From assembly GCA_023460575.1 (NCBI GenBank), contig JAEWPQ010000101.1, positions 11 to 64,010 on the forward strand: DNA of 64,000 bases. Reading direction: 5' to 3'. The position numbers were made by a program, and so were the translations under genes. The notes under the pieces are model-generated. The model was not told the origin of the DNA. It worked only from the letters and a program-made list of their open reading frames with translations, and made no database searches. Of the stretch, positions 31,015 through 40,888 are shown one piece after another. The first letter of the stretch is position 1. Each line of letters begins with the position of its first letter. This stretch comes from Bacillota bacterium (lineage in GTDB: Bacteria > Bacillota > Clostridia > Lachnospirales > Lachnospiraceae).

Positions 31015-31563
31015 CTATTCAGATCTGTGTTGGGTGGATACGACCCGGCTGCAGCTTAATTTTTTTTCCTTTGTTACCCTGGATCCGAAAACCTGCCGTC
31101 CCAGAAAGGTAAGGGGGTATATATCATAGGACAGGGTTGCGTTTAAATCCATATAGCGGGTCCGGCTGATTGCCGTTACGGTATCGCCCGGTGTCCGCCC
31201 CGGCACCGAAAAGGATTTTTCTACATTTTTCATTGCTGCCTGTGCATCACTGACTGTTAAATTCTCTGGCAAAAAGCCCCAGAAACTGGCCTCTTTTATT
31301 CTTTCCACTAAAGGGTCTGACACCGTATTTCCGCTGTAGACAGCACTGGACGGGCAGGCATCTAACGGATCCGAATCCCCGAAATCCGATGCCTGAACGG
31401 ACCAGCTGGAATACTGGTAACTCTGATCGAAAACAGTCTGCTGGTATGTCATCCAGCCAATTTCTATTATGAATAGAATGATTACAATAAAAATCGGAAA
31501 CACCAGTGCAAATTCTACCATTCCCTGTCCTTTATCCTGTTTCAGAGCAAATAAACATTTCAT
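31015..31563 (-). CDS. tadE: TadE/TadF-like pseudopilin
   Basis: DKG|QGMVEFALVFP. Confidence 0.85.
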   Translation of the reverse strand: MKCLFALKQDKGQGMVEFALVFPIFIVIILFIIEIGWMTYQQTVFDQSYQYSSWSVQASDFGDSDPLDACPSSAVYSGNTVSDPLVERIKEASFWGFLPENLTVSDAQAAMKNVEKSFSVPGRTPGDTVTAISRTRYMDLNATLSYDIYPLTFLGRQVFGSRVTKEKKLSCSRVVSTQHRSE

Positions 31564-31585
31564 AAATCATCCTCCTCCCGTCATA

Positions 31586-32107
31586 CTACGGAGTATAGCC
31601 GTTTATATAAATATCACGGGAATAGACAGGTGTTTTCACTTTATATGTATTCCCCAGAAAGAACGTTCCCCAAAAGGTTACTGCAGAACGTTCATAAGAT
31701 AGCTGCAGCTGTACCTCGGAATACTCATAACTGCCGGGGCGCACTTCAAACTGGCTGCCAAAGTCAGATGGATTGGCCCGGTCACTGGAGTAAACGTAAT
31801 AACTGTAATCGTTCTTTTGACTGCCCCCCGCATTCAGTTCTTCAATATTAACCTTGGAAGGATCCAGCCGTTCCGTGAAATTCTGGGTAATGATCTGTGT
31901 CACCTTGCCGCTCACCGTTCCTGAAGAAATATCAGAATAGTCCAAACGGCTGATACATTCGCTGGCAGCACTGCTTAATGTCATCTTCGTATTCATGCAG
32001 ATAAAGAAATCCACAGGAGCAGTAAAGAGCAGCACTATAATAGGCAGAATCAGGGCAAATTCCAGGATTGACTGCCCGTTTTCATCCTTACCTTTAAAGT
32101 CAGCCAA
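31586..32107 (-). CDS. tadE: TadE/TadF-like pseudopilin
   Basis: ENG|QSILEFALILP. Confidence 0.85.
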   Translation of the reverse strand: MADFKGKDENGQSILEFALILPIIVLLFTAPVDFFICMNTKMTLSSAASECISRLDYSDISSGTVSGKVTQIITQNFTERLDPSKVNIEELNAGGSQKNDYSYYVYSSDRANPSDFGSQFEVRPGSYEYSEVQLQLSYERSAVTFWGTFFLGNTYKVKTPVYSRDIYINGYTP

Positions 32108-33656
32108 TGTTCTTTACCTCCCTGGTCTTCTCGGCATACTCTCCTTCCATCACAGAGAACAATCCCCTGGCTTTCTGCATGGCTTTGTCACAGGTAAACA
32201 GCTCCGGATCAGAAGACTCTTCTGCGCTGACAGATGGCTGCTTTTCCGGCAGCACTGCCCTTTTCTCCCGTTCCACAGGTAAGGAAACCTTTTTCTGCAG
32301 CTCCATTCCTTTCTCCAGCTGCATATTCCTGGACTTCAGCTCCTCAATCTGGGCCAGCAGGCCTCTCTGGATATCCAGCAGTTCCACATTCTGAAGCTTA
32401 AGAGCTGCCTGTTCCCCAATTGCTTTTTTAAGGGTATCCCGCTCCTGAGTCGTACGCTCCATGTAAAGGTTCATGCTTTCAGACTGGGTTTCCATCTGTT
32501 CCATAATCATCTGAATCGTTTCTTTTAAGGAATCTATGGTATCTTTTAACTTTTGATTTTCCTGGCGGGTCAGTATGGCCCCCTGCTCCTGAACCTGGTA
32601 ATGTTTTAAAAGCATGTCCTTTTCTTCAAGCTGCTGCTCATGCCTTTTAATCCGGGATGAGTTTTCCTCATAATTCTTATATAAAACGTCAACCTTTTCT
32701 TCCAGTTCTCTTTTATAGTTCTCCTGTTCTTCATACTGGTTCTTTAAGTCATTAAGCTTCTTTTCCCATTTTTCCTTTTCAGCCGTCAAAGCCTGCTGCT
32801 CCAGTTTTTCTCGTTCAGCGATCAACGCCTGGTGTTCCGATCTCTCCTTTTCAGCTGACAAAATCTGCTGTTCCAGTTTTTCCCGTTCAACAATCAGGGC
32901 CTGCTGCTCCCATTTTCCCCTTTCAGACATCAGGCTCTGCTGCTCCTGCTCTTCCTTTCGGGCCTGGCGTTCCTGCTCCAGAGCTTTGGCGTTTTCTTCC
33001 AGTTTCATAAGAAGCTTTTCATATTTTTGCTCAGCTTCCTCCTTCTGGCGCAGCATTTCTTCCATTTCCGGCTGTGGCAGCCCCAGGGAAACCTTCAGCA
33101 GGTTTTCCTCCATATCCTTCATTTTTGCCTGCAGAGCCTCATAATCGTGCTGATAATTTGATAATTGTCCATTCAAACGGATAATATCCTGTTCTTTTTG
33201 GGAGATCTCTCCCTCATACATTTCTTTCTGCAGCTGCATTTCTTCATAATCGGAATGCTGGTTCTCCCATTCTTCCAATTTTGCTGCTGACATCCTGGCT
33301 TCCTGCATTGCCCTTTCCTTTAACGCGATTGCGTCGGAAAGCTTTTCCTCTGCTGTATTTAATTGCTCCCGCAGCACCTGGCATTCCTGGGTCACACTGA
33401 CTTTTTCAGCAGTCAGCTCACGGATCTGCTGCTCCAGCTGCATTTTTATCAGCATCAGATTATTTCTCATTTCCAAAGCGTATTCTTCCACACTCTTTTT
33501 GGTATAACCTCCGACTACCGTTGTCTGGAGCTTTGCAGCCAGCTCGTTCTGCATATTCTTACCTGTAAGGCCTTCCATGCCGTCAGGAAGCATGCCCCCC
33601 ATCTGTCCGCCGTTTCCTGCTTCCTGTCCGAAATCATTTACCTGATTGTAATTCAT
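32100..33656 (-). CDS. Long coiled-coil protein with DivIVA-like N-terminal motif
   Basis: LQTTVVGGYTKKSVEEY followed by ~400 aa E/Q/K heptads. Confidence 0.6.
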   Translation of the reverse strand: MNYNQVNDFGQEAGNGGQMGGMLPDGMEGLTGKNMQNELAAKLQTTVVGGYTKKSVEEYALEMRNNLMLIKMQLEQQIRELTAEKVSVTQECQVLREQLNTAEEKLSDAIALKERAMQEARMSAAKLEEWENQHSDYEEMQLQKEMYEGEISQKEQDIIRLNGQLSNYQHDYEALQAKMKDMEENLLKVSLGLPQPEMEEMLRQKEEAEQKYEKLLMKLEENAKALEQERQARKEEQEQQSLMSERGKWEQQALIVEREKLEQQILSAEKERSEHQALIAEREKLEQQALTAEKEKWEKKLNDLKNQYEEQENYKRELEEKVDVLYKNYEENSSRIKRHEQQLEEKDMLLKHYQVQEQGAILTRQENQKLKDTIDSLKETIQMIMEQMETQSESMNLYMERTTQERDTLKKAIGEQAALKLQNVELLDIQRGLLAQIEELKSRNMQLEKGMELQKKVSLPVEREKRAVLPEKQPSVSAEESSDPELFTCDKAMQKARGLFSVMEGEYAEKTREVKNIG

Positions 33657-34008
33657 TTTGCGACCTCCTTTCTTCAATAAAACTGATAAACAGCTGTTTT
33701 TCGGTCTTTAACTTTCTTGCAGCGCCTTTATTTAATTCTAATATCTTGCTGGTTCCTTTCACAAAGCTTCCCATCCGCCAGGGATAAACTGTTTCCCTTT
33801 TTAAAACCACATTATCATGGTTTATATATACCACATCGATGGGAAAACGCATGAAGCATGTATGAATGCGGGAACAGGGATCTAAAAGCAGGGCACTGCC
33901 CTCATGCAGCTCCCTGCGAAACATCAGTCCCAGCAGTCTTTTTATGAAGGTATCGGCAAATTGTGCCTGAACCTCAAAACCATTTTCCCCTTCTATAAGA
34001 ACTAACAT
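33634..34008 (-). CDS. DUF192 family protein
   Basis: ADTF..RL.GLMFR, IHT.FMRFPIDVVY, LEL..G. Confidence 0.85.
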   Translation of the reverse strand: MLVLIEGENGFEVQAQFADTFIKRLLGLMFRRELHEGSALLLDPCSRIHTCFMRFPIDVVYINHDNVVLKRETVYPWRMGSFVKGTSKILELNKGAARKLKTEKQLFISFIEERRSQNELQSGK

Positions 34009-34010
34009 AA

Positions 34011-34928
34011 CTACATACCTCCAAACATTTCCATAATTGACATGACTGCCGGTCCCAATAGTACAATAAAGATAACAGGAAATATAAACAGCACCATGGG
34101 CAGCAGAATTTTAACAGATAATTTCTGCGCCTTTTCCTCTACATTCTGCTTATGAGTCTGTCGGATGGCAGTCGCCTGGATGGACAGGATATTCTGCATG
34201 GAGGAACCCATTTCATCGGCCTGGATGACAGCCGTGACAAATGTCCGGATCTCCATATTATCACACCGGTCTGCAAATCCGATCAGAGCCTCCTTGCGTC
34301 TGCGGCCCAGGGAAATTTCCCTCTGAGTCTCATCCAGTTCGTCGATGAGCGCTCCCTTTGATTTCTCTACCACATATCCCAGGGCCTGGTCAAAGCCCAG
34401 TCCCGCCGAAACGCTGACACTTAATAAATCCATCATTTCCGGAAGCTGGTGATATAGTTCTGCTTTCCGTTTTTTTATTTTGCTCTTTAAATGAAAGCGG
34501 CTTAAGACTATTCCGGCATAGAGCCCCAGTATACCATAAAGGACAGACTGCAGAAAACCTCCCGTCCTTCCGTACAGAACGCCGAGCCCAATGCATACTG
34601 CCGTAAAAAATGCTACCGCCGCGCTATAGTTTTGAGATTTCATATGAATGCCGGCCTGCTTAAGCTGCTGCTCCATTCTCTCCAGAGCCGCGGGATTTTT
34701 AGGCGCAAATACGGAAAAAATGGTAAGAATGCGGTTAAAAACCGGTCTCATGATCCGGTCTATGATGGAAACATCCAGTTCCCCTGTTTCCCGTTGCCGT
34801 TTTCCCATATCTTCCACGGATTTTAAGCGTTCATTCAAAGCAAGGGTTTTAGAAAAAGCGGTGGAAAAACACAGATCAACAAAAAAATAAGCAAACACTG
34901 CGCCGGCTATGGCTGTCAGAAATATCAT
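34011..34928 (-). CDS. tadC: Tad pilus platform protein TadC
   Basis: LPEMMDLLSVSVSAGLGFDQAL; EEKAQKL.VK...P...FIFP. Confidence 0.9.
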   Translation of the reverse strand: MIFLTAIAGAVFAYFFVDLCFSTAFSKTLALNERLKSVEDMGKRQRETGELDVSIIDRIMRPVFNRILTIFSVFAPKNPAALERMEQQLKQAGIHMKSQNYSAAVAFFTAVCIGLGVLYGRTGGFLQSVLYGILGLYAGIVLSRFHLKSKIKKRKAELYHQLPEMMDLLSVSVSAGLGFDQALGYVVEKSKGALIDELDETQREISLGRRRKEALIGFADRCDNMEIRTFVTAVIQADEMGSSMQNILSIQATAIRQTHKQNVEEKAQKLSVKILLPMVLFIFPVIFIVLLGPAVMSIMEMFGGM

Positions 34929-34963
34929 CTTCTCTTCTCCTGTCTGAATCTCCTATGGTTTCA

Positions 34964-35899
34964 TCAAAACTTTATATTTACTATTTTATTGATTATTAAG
35001 AAGCCAAAAATCTCCATACTTCCGCCAAGCAGCAGAAGGAGGCGTCCCGGAAGAGACGAAAACAGCGGCGAAATATACCCTGGATTGGCAAATGAAAGAG
35101 CAAGAAGCAGCAGGACCGGAAGCACTCCAATGACCTGGCCGGTGATTCTTCCCTGAGCGGTCAGTGTCTTTATGGAACGCTTGATTGTCAGTCTGTCCCG
35201 TATGGTCTGGGAAATGATATCCAGTATTTCTGCCAGATTTCCGCCCACCCTCTGCTGTATGACAACAGCTGTAGTGAGCAGCTTTAAATCATCGCTTTCC
35301 ATTCGGTCAGCTACAATCAGAAAAGATTGTTCCAGTTCCCCTCCCAGCTTAAGCTCCCTGACGATTGTGTTCAGTTCACCGCCAATGGGATTGGCTAAAT
35401 CTCCGGAAACATTCTCCAGTGCCTGCTCAAAAGAAAAACCGGCTCTCAAACCATTGGAAAGCACCATTAGTGCATCCCCTAACTGAGCCTCAAACAGGGA
35501 GCGCTGTTTCGCAGCAGCCATTTTCAGAAAGAATGGAGGAACAACCAGTCCTATGAGGAAAAGCCCCATACACTGAATCAAATCCGGGGCAAATGCAAAT
35601 AAAAGCATGGCCGGTGCAAAAATAAGAAGAAACCAGATCATGATAAACTCCTCCGGACGCAGCCTGATACCGGATAAGCTGACTTCTTCCTTGAGCTTTT
35701 TTGAAATATGTATGAAACGCAAAAGCTGTCTGTCCTTTTTTTCTTCTCCATCAGCCGAACCTGCTGTTTCTTTTTTCACCTGGCTTAAATCACTTAACCG
35801 CTCATTAATCTGCAGCTGTTTTTTTAACAGGAATTCCAGAATCATTTCTATGGCACAATAGCTAAATAGCGCCGCAGCAGCCAGACAAACCATTTTCAT
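34964..35899 (-). CDS. tadB: Tad pilus platform protein TadB
   Basis: FEAQL.DAL..L.NGLRAG.S, IQQRVGGNLAE, LTAQGR. Confidence 0.9.
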   Translation of the reverse strand: MKMVCLAAAALFSYCAIEMILEFLLKKQLQINERLSDLSQVKKETAGSADGEEKKDRQLLRFIHISKKLKEEVSLSGIRLRPEEFIMIWFLLIFAPAMLLFAFAPDLIQCMGLFLIGLVVPPFFLKMAAAKQRSLFEAQLGDALMVLSNGLRAGFSFEQALENVSGDLANPIGGELNTIVRELKLGGELEQSFLIVADRMESDDLKLLTTAVVIQQRVGGNLAEILDIISQTIRDRLTIKRSIKTLTAQGRITGQVIGVLPVLLLLALSFANPGYISPLFSSLPGRLLLLLGGSMEIFGFLIINKIVNIKF

Positions 35900-35903
35900 G
35901 TTG

Positions 35904-37262
35904 TCACCTCCTCTCCGCAAGGAACCAGTCATCCCTGCAATAGCCTCCATTATCCCTTATCTTATCAAGAATCTTCGGATGGATTCCCGTAGGTTCAAAC
36001 TTCCCTGCAATTTTTCCGTTTCCATCCGTACCGTTCTGGCGGAAGCTGAAAATATCCTGCATGGTAACGGTATCACCTTCCATTCCCACCACCTCAGATA
36101 TGTTGACAATCTTTCTGCTTCCATCCCGTAAACGGGACTGATGTACGATTAAGTCAATGGCAGAGGTGATCTGCTCTCTGATGGCTTTTGCAGGCAATTC
36201 CATTCCTGACATCAAAACCATTGTTTCCAGACGGGATATTACATCTCTGGAAGAATTTGCATGTACCGTAGTCAGAGAACCGTCATGACCTGTATTCATG
36301 GCCTGCAGCATATCCAGAGTCTCTCCTGACCGGACCTCTCCTACAATAATCCGGTCGGGACGCATTCTAAGTGCATTCTTCACCAGATCACGGATTGAAA
36401 CAACCCCTTTTCCTTCGATGTTGCTTGGGCGCCCTTCCAGAGTCACCACATGATCCTGTTTCAGCTGGAGCTCGGCCGCGTCCTCTATGGTCACGATTCT
36501 TTCACTGTCAGGAATATACCCTGATAATACATTTAACAGTGTGGTTTTACCTGAACCGGTTCCCCCGGAAACAATGATATTACAGCGTCCCTTTACTGCT
36601 GCCTCCAAAAATCCTGCCATCTGGGAAGATAAGGAACCGTATCCGATTAAGTCTCCAATCTTAAGGGGTGTGGAAGAAAATTTTCTGATTGTGATGGAGG
36701 GACCTTTTAAAGCGATGGGCGGAATAATGGCATTTACACGGGAACCGTCTGCCAGACGTGCATCCACCATGGGGGTGGCTTCATCACAGCGCCTGCCCAC
36801 GGATGAAACGATCCGGTTGATTACCTTTAATACATGGGCATCATCCCGGAAGCTGGCGGCTGTCTGTTCCAGTCTGCCTCCCCGCTCTATGTAAATCTGT
36901 CTTGCACTGTTCACCATGATTTCAGAAATAGAATCATCCCGCAGCAGCGGCTCTAAGGGGCCCAGTCCCATGACATCATCGTAAATTTCCTGAGCGAGCT
37001 TTGATTCTTCCAGACGGGTCAGGCTCTCCTCCTGTCTGGCAATGGCCTGATGGATGATTTCCATAACATCAATGAATTTCCCATTGGTGCTGTCCGAGAA
37101 ACGGTCATTGTATTCCCGTATTACCTCCTGGTGAACCGTCTGCTTTAATTTGTCATAATTTTTATCCGCTCTGTTTCCTGACTCGGCGTTTGAAACATGA
37201 AACGCCTTTGAAACAGAATGGTCTGTTTCCTTTGACTGACCCAGACGAGATACCCACTCCAT
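35904..37262 (-). CDS. tadA: Tad/Flp pilus assembly ATPase TadA/CpaF
   Basis: GGTGSGKT, TIEDAAEL, ALRMRPDRIIVGE, AMNTGHDGS. Confidence 0.95.
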   Translation of the reverse strand: MEWVSRLGQSKETDHSVSKAFHVSNAESGNRADKNYDKLKQTVHQEVIREYNDRFSDSTNGKFIDVMEIIHQAIARQEESLTRLEESKLAQEIYDDVMGLGPLEPLLRDDSISEIMVNSARQIYIERGGRLEQTAASFRDDAHVLKVINRIVSSVGRRCDEATPMVDARLADGSRVNAIIPPIALKGPSITIRKFSSTPLKIGDLIGYGSLSSQMAGFLEAAVKGRCNIIVSGGTGSGKTTLLNVLSGYIPDSERIVTIEDAAELQLKQDHVVTLEGRPSNIEGKGVVSIRDLVKNALRMRPDRIIVGEVRSGETLDMLQAMNTGHDGSLTTVHANSSRDVISRLETMVLMSGMELPAKAIREQITSAIDLIVHQSRLRDGSRKIVNISEVVGMEGDTVTMQDIFSFRQNGTDGNGKIAGKFEPTGIHPKILDKIRDNGGYCRDDWFLAERR

Positions 37263-37265
37263 GGC

Positions 37266-38483
37266 TTATCCAGTCTCCTTTCCTTTTTGAAGAAATGATA
37301 TCCGTTTCTTTTTCCTGCTTTTCACACTTCTGTAACCCTCATTCATTCCTTCCAGCCGTTCTGCTATATTGGAAATTTCCTTACAGATTTTACTTTTCGG
37401 ATACGACAGTACAAGCGGCTGACCCTGATTTGCTGCTGCCACAGCTGATTTTTCATCATAGGGAATGGAACCCCATACCGGCATGCCAAGTACACGGGAA
37501 ACATCGCTGTCTGATATTCCGTATCCATAGCACTTTCCGACAATCAGTTTGATCTTCTGTTTATCCGTCAGTTCGGCAAGCACCTGCAGACTTTTCTTCG
37601 CATTATGAAGCGCAGGCACATCTTTTCCTGTTACAAATAAAACCGCTGAGGCACAGTCAATGCAGCAGGCCGAGGTATCATCAAACCCCGAGACTGCGTC
37701 GACAATTACATAATCATAGTAAACCCGCAAAGCCGCAATGATGCTCTCCACCTGCCTGGCAGTGATGGAGGCTCCATATTCCGGGCTGTGGGGATTGGGA
37801 AGGAAGTTCACTCCGGAAAGATGGAGAGACAAAAACTGCCGGATCGTATCCACGTTTGGATTACTCTGTTCCTGGATCAGTTCCAGAATCGTATTTCTCG
37901 GATTCATACCCAGCAGAATACCAACATCTCCGGACTGAAAGTCATAATCCAGAATAACCACCTTATTATTTTTCTGAGCCAGCTTTATTGACATATTTAC
38001 TGCCAGAGTTGTCTTTCCCACTCCAGCCTTTGGACCGAAGACCATAATTACTTTTGATTTGGAAGATTTGGCTCCCGTATTCTCCAGTGCCAGAATCCGG
38101 TTTGATTCATTGCTGTAAATTCCCTTTAATTCTGCTATCAGATTAATGGGCTCTATATTTTCAGGCAGAATGTAGTGGACTCCGGACTGCAGGATCTTAT
38201 ACATCAGATCGCTGTCTTCCAGATCTGAAATCACAATCGGAACAGAGCGGGGGCGCAGCAGATAAATCTGCTGGCAGGACCGCAGCGCCATGGGTGAAGT
38301 ATCCGTAATCAGAATCAGATCCGGCATGGTCCTGTTTATCTCATTTAGTACCTGATTCTCATCCACTACATATCCGACTATGGTAATCTCATCGTCTTTT
38401 ATCTGCGTTTTGATCTGTGAACATTTCTCCGGTATCCCCAGGAGCAGAATTTTTATTTTCACAAGCTGATTCCCCTTTCCCAA
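37266..38483 (-). CDS. cpaE: CpaE/TadZ pilus localisation ATPase (receiver-like + MinD/ParA)
   Basis: Degenerate receiver domain and KAGVGKTT deviant Walker A. Confidence 0.85.
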   Translation of the reverse strand: MGKGNQLVKIKILLLGIPEKCSQIKTQIKDDEITIVGYVVDENQVLNEINRTMPDLILITDTSPMALRSCQQIYLLRPRSVPIVISDLEDSDLMYKILQSGVHYILPENIEPINLIAELKGIYSNESNRILALENTGAKSSKSKVIMVFGPKAGVGKTTLAVNMSIKLAQKNNKVVILDYDFQSGDVGILLGMNPRNTILELIQEQSNPNVDTIRQFLSLHLSGVNFLPNPHSPEYGASITARQVESIIAALRVYYDYVIVDAVSGFDDTSACCIDCASAVLFVTGKDVPALHNAKKSLQVLAELTDKQKIKLIVGKCYGYGISDSDVSRVLGMPVWGSIPYDEKSAVAAANQGQPLVLSYPKSKICKEISNIAERLEGMNEGYRSVKSRKKKRISFLQKGKETG

Positions 38484-38489
38484 AGAAAA

Positions 38490-39308
38490 CTAATTTCCTT
38501 CATAATTCTTAAGTACAGATCCACGGGGTTCGTTTACAACACTGCTGTCCTCCTGAGGTCTGAGTGCCAGCTGTATTTTCCCTTCCCCGCTTTTCATGAG
38601 GGCAATCTGGGCTGCCTGGGAAGGAGTCACTTCCAATGTGACATTTACGTATTCCTCATCTTTATAGTCTTTCGTGCTGTCAAAGGAAAACGAACTTCCA
38701 AGTGCCGCAACCTTAATATTCTGCAGGGCAATAACAGAAAATTCATTTCCTACAGAATCATTTACAATCTGGGCATTGGCCGGATTCTGGGGACCCATGA
38801 TCCTCTCCATGGCCAGTCCTGCCGGAATTTCTTCTTCGCTCCCCTGCACAGACGATTTCAGGGTGCCTGTAAAAATAACGTCCACATAGTTTCCTACTCT
38901 GAGATTATTGGAAACCCCCTGTTCTAAATCCGTATTTATGGATACCGCCCGTTTTCCTTCCTCCAGTCTTGAGGAAAGTCCGAGAACTTCTGCATTATCT
39001 TCTGCGATCCTCCGGTCTGTCAGCACTTCATCCTGAAAGACATTTGATACACATACCTTTCCCACTACTTCCTCCGGCTTTCTGTAATAGCCTTTCGTTT
39101 CTTCATCAACCAGTACCTTTTTAAGCTTTATCATATCCTTCGTCAGTGTAGTGTAGGGACTCAAATCCTGCGCCGCAACGACTACTTCGATTTTCTGTCC
39201 ATCAGCCTTGGTTTGTAACTGATGGTTTTCCCGCAATGCAAGCATCCGGTATCCGGCTATGAACACAAGGAATGCAACTGCCAATGCAATCAAACGAATT
39301 TTTTTCAC
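38490..39308 (-). CDS. cpaB: Flp pilus assembly protein CpaB/RcpC
   Basis: N-terminal TM, SAF domain (VVVAAQDL), G.RAVSI, G.YVDVI, VTLEVTP. Confidence 0.9.
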   Translation of the reverse strand: MKKIRLIALAVAFLVFIAGYRMLALRENHQLQTKADGQKIEVVVAAQDLSPYTTLTKDMIKLKKVLVDEETKGYYRKPEEVVGKVCVSNVFQDEVLTDRRIAEDNAEVLGLSSRLEEGKRAVSINTDLEQGVSNNLRVGNYVDVIFTGTLKSSVQGSEEEIPAGLAMERIMGPQNPANAQIVNDSVGNEFSVIALQNIKVAALGSSFSFDSTKDYKDEEYVNVTLEVTPSQAAQIALMKSGEGKIQLALRPQEDSSVVNEPRGSVLKNYEGN

Positions 39309-39345
39309 CTTAATTCCTCCCTGGTATTACACCTCATTACAATTC

Positions 39346-39388
39346 AAGACGAGGCTCGCAGATGTTCACTGAATATTCGCCTCGTCTT
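39346..39388 (-). terminator. Hairpin between flp and cpaB (attenuator/stabiliser)
   Basis: AAGACGAGGC...GCCTCGTCTT. Confidence 0.55.
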
Positions 39389-39430
39389 TCTATAAGCAAC
39401 AGCCGGTTTGATTTTTTTATGACTTTTTAT

Positions 39431-39595
39431 TTATGGCATTGATGTATTAATCTTATCAAATGTACCCTGAACCTTACCGCCAAGTGCCTGTAATCCAACA
39501 ATAACAGCAACAGCGATCAGTGCGAGAATTAAACCATATTCAACCATTCCCTGTCCGCTTTCCTCAGAAACAAATTTATCCCAAAGTTTTTTCAT
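39431..39595 (-). CDS. flp: Flp major pilin (54 aa)
   Basis: ESG|QGMVEYGLILAL; GGAGG RBS before ATG at 39595. Confidence 0.92.
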   Translation of the reverse strand: MKKLWDKFVSEESGQGMVEYGLILALIAVAVIVGLQALGGKVQGTFDKINTSMP

Positions 39596-39716
39596 ATTTT
39601 TCACCTCCCAATCTTTTGTATATTTAGAACTGGTATAAAACTGCATTATGCCAGACTCCATATTTCATCTTTAATTTTTAATATGTATGAACCAAACCGG
39701 CTGGTTACTCCAAACA

Positions 39717-39878
39717 TTATGGAAACATAGGCAGCAGACTGGTCTGAATCATATTATAAATCTTAACCGCTGCTCCTGACATATTTCCAAAGGTAATAGC
39801 GGCCACGATTACAACTGCTGCAAACAGAGTTGCATATTCAACCATAGCCTGTCCATTTTCAGATTTTAAGCTTCTCAT
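39717..39878 (-). CDS. flp: Second Flp-type pilin (53 aa), not in ORF track
   Basis: Manual translation MRSLKSENG|QAMVEYATLFAAVVIVAAITFG...; GAGGAG RBS. Confidence 0.8.
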   Translation of the reverse strand: MRSLKSENGQAMVEYATLFAAVVIVAAITFGNMSGAAVKIYNMIQTSLLPMFP

Positions 39879-39890
39879 ATTCTCCTCATT

Positions 39891-40565
39891 TCACAAAATA
39901 GTGATTGAAATGTACGGCCAAAGCAATGCGATCAGGAAGCCCGCCATTATGTGTCCGCACATCGGGAAAGTACTGTCCCGGACCAGAAAACCACATTTCA
40001 TGCCTGCCAGACAATAAAAACCGATGACACAGGCCATCCCGGTCAGGAAGTAAAACACTCCGGGAAAGCCGACCGTTATTGCAATGATCATGGCGAGCTT
40101 TACGTCTCCCATTCCGACTCCGGCAGTCCCTTTCCTGGCATAGGTAAACATCATTGTGAAGCCGAAAATAACAATTACCAGCAGCAATGCCCCGGCTGAA
40201 CCCAAGAGCCCTGTTAAGCCGTTTGAATGTATACGGTATGTAAGACCTGCTGCCAGAATCACCCACAGCATTTCATTGGCGATGATTCTTATTAATCTGT
40301 CCACACAAATGCCAAAAGCAGCAATATAGCTGACAAGCACCGTAAATATGGCCTGATCAAACGGTAATAATAAGCAGGACAATCCTGTAACGCCTGTAGT
40401 AAAAACCAGACTTAAACCGTTCCACCCGTAACCGTGGCTTCTCAAAGGCGCCTGATATCCCTTCCTCCTGCATTTATAACAGGCAAAGGAATAGGATAAT
40501 TCCGGTATAAAATAACCAACCAGACTGCTCACACCGGTTAAAACGGCAGTACCTAAAATTCCCAT
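39891..40565 (-). CDS. Prepilin peptidase (A24, TadV/CpaA-like)
   Basis: D..R.I.N and GMGDVKL aspartate motifs, multiple TMs. Confidence 0.85.
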   Translation of the reverse strand: MGILGTAVLTGVSSLVGYFIPELSYSFACYKCRRKGYQAPLRSHGYGWNGLSLVFTTGVTGLSCLLLPFDQAIFTVLVSYIAAFGICVDRLIRIIANEMLWVILAAGLTYRIHSNGLTGLLGSAGALLLVIVIFGFTMMFTYARKGTAGVGMGDVKLAMIIAITVGFPGVFYFLTGMACVIGFYCLAGMKCGFLVRDSTFPMCGHIMAGFLIALLWPYISITIL

Positions 40566-40635
40566 TCATCTTCTCCCCCATGTTCCTGATCTTATAAGGT
40601 TTGTATGCTGTTTCAATGACTGACTTATGAGTGGT

Positions 40636-40888
40636 TACAACAGAATACCTCTTTTGTTGTAAATAAAAGAAAATTTAACCAGAGGTGAGCCTTTTTTCAA
40701 AAAAAGAAGGACACCGCAAACAGGCTGGGGATTTTTTCACAACTCCAGCCTGTTTGCGCTATCCAAATTCAACAAATTTACACATTTTAAATAGTTTCTT
40801 AAAAAAATTGTAGACTTTTAAGTATTTATGTAGTATATTAAATAATAGATTCGACGTATTTTTACAACAAAAGAGGTATTCCGTTGTA
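40636..40888. promoter_or_regulatory. Invertible promoter switch for the Tad operon (appears OFF)
   Basis: 28-bp IRs 40636-40663 and 40861-40888 (27/28), internal + strand promoter ~40808-40839, internal 14-bp stem 40715-40758, adjacent tyrosine recombinase. Confidence 0.85.

Noticed and set aside
39886..40266. 126-aa alternative-frame ORF
   Set aside because: Overlaps the prepilin peptidase, which has clear motifs
13813..40661. Same recombinase acting on both invertons
   Set aside because: Sites share only partial similarity (about 14/21) and differ in dyad spacing; not supportable without an assay
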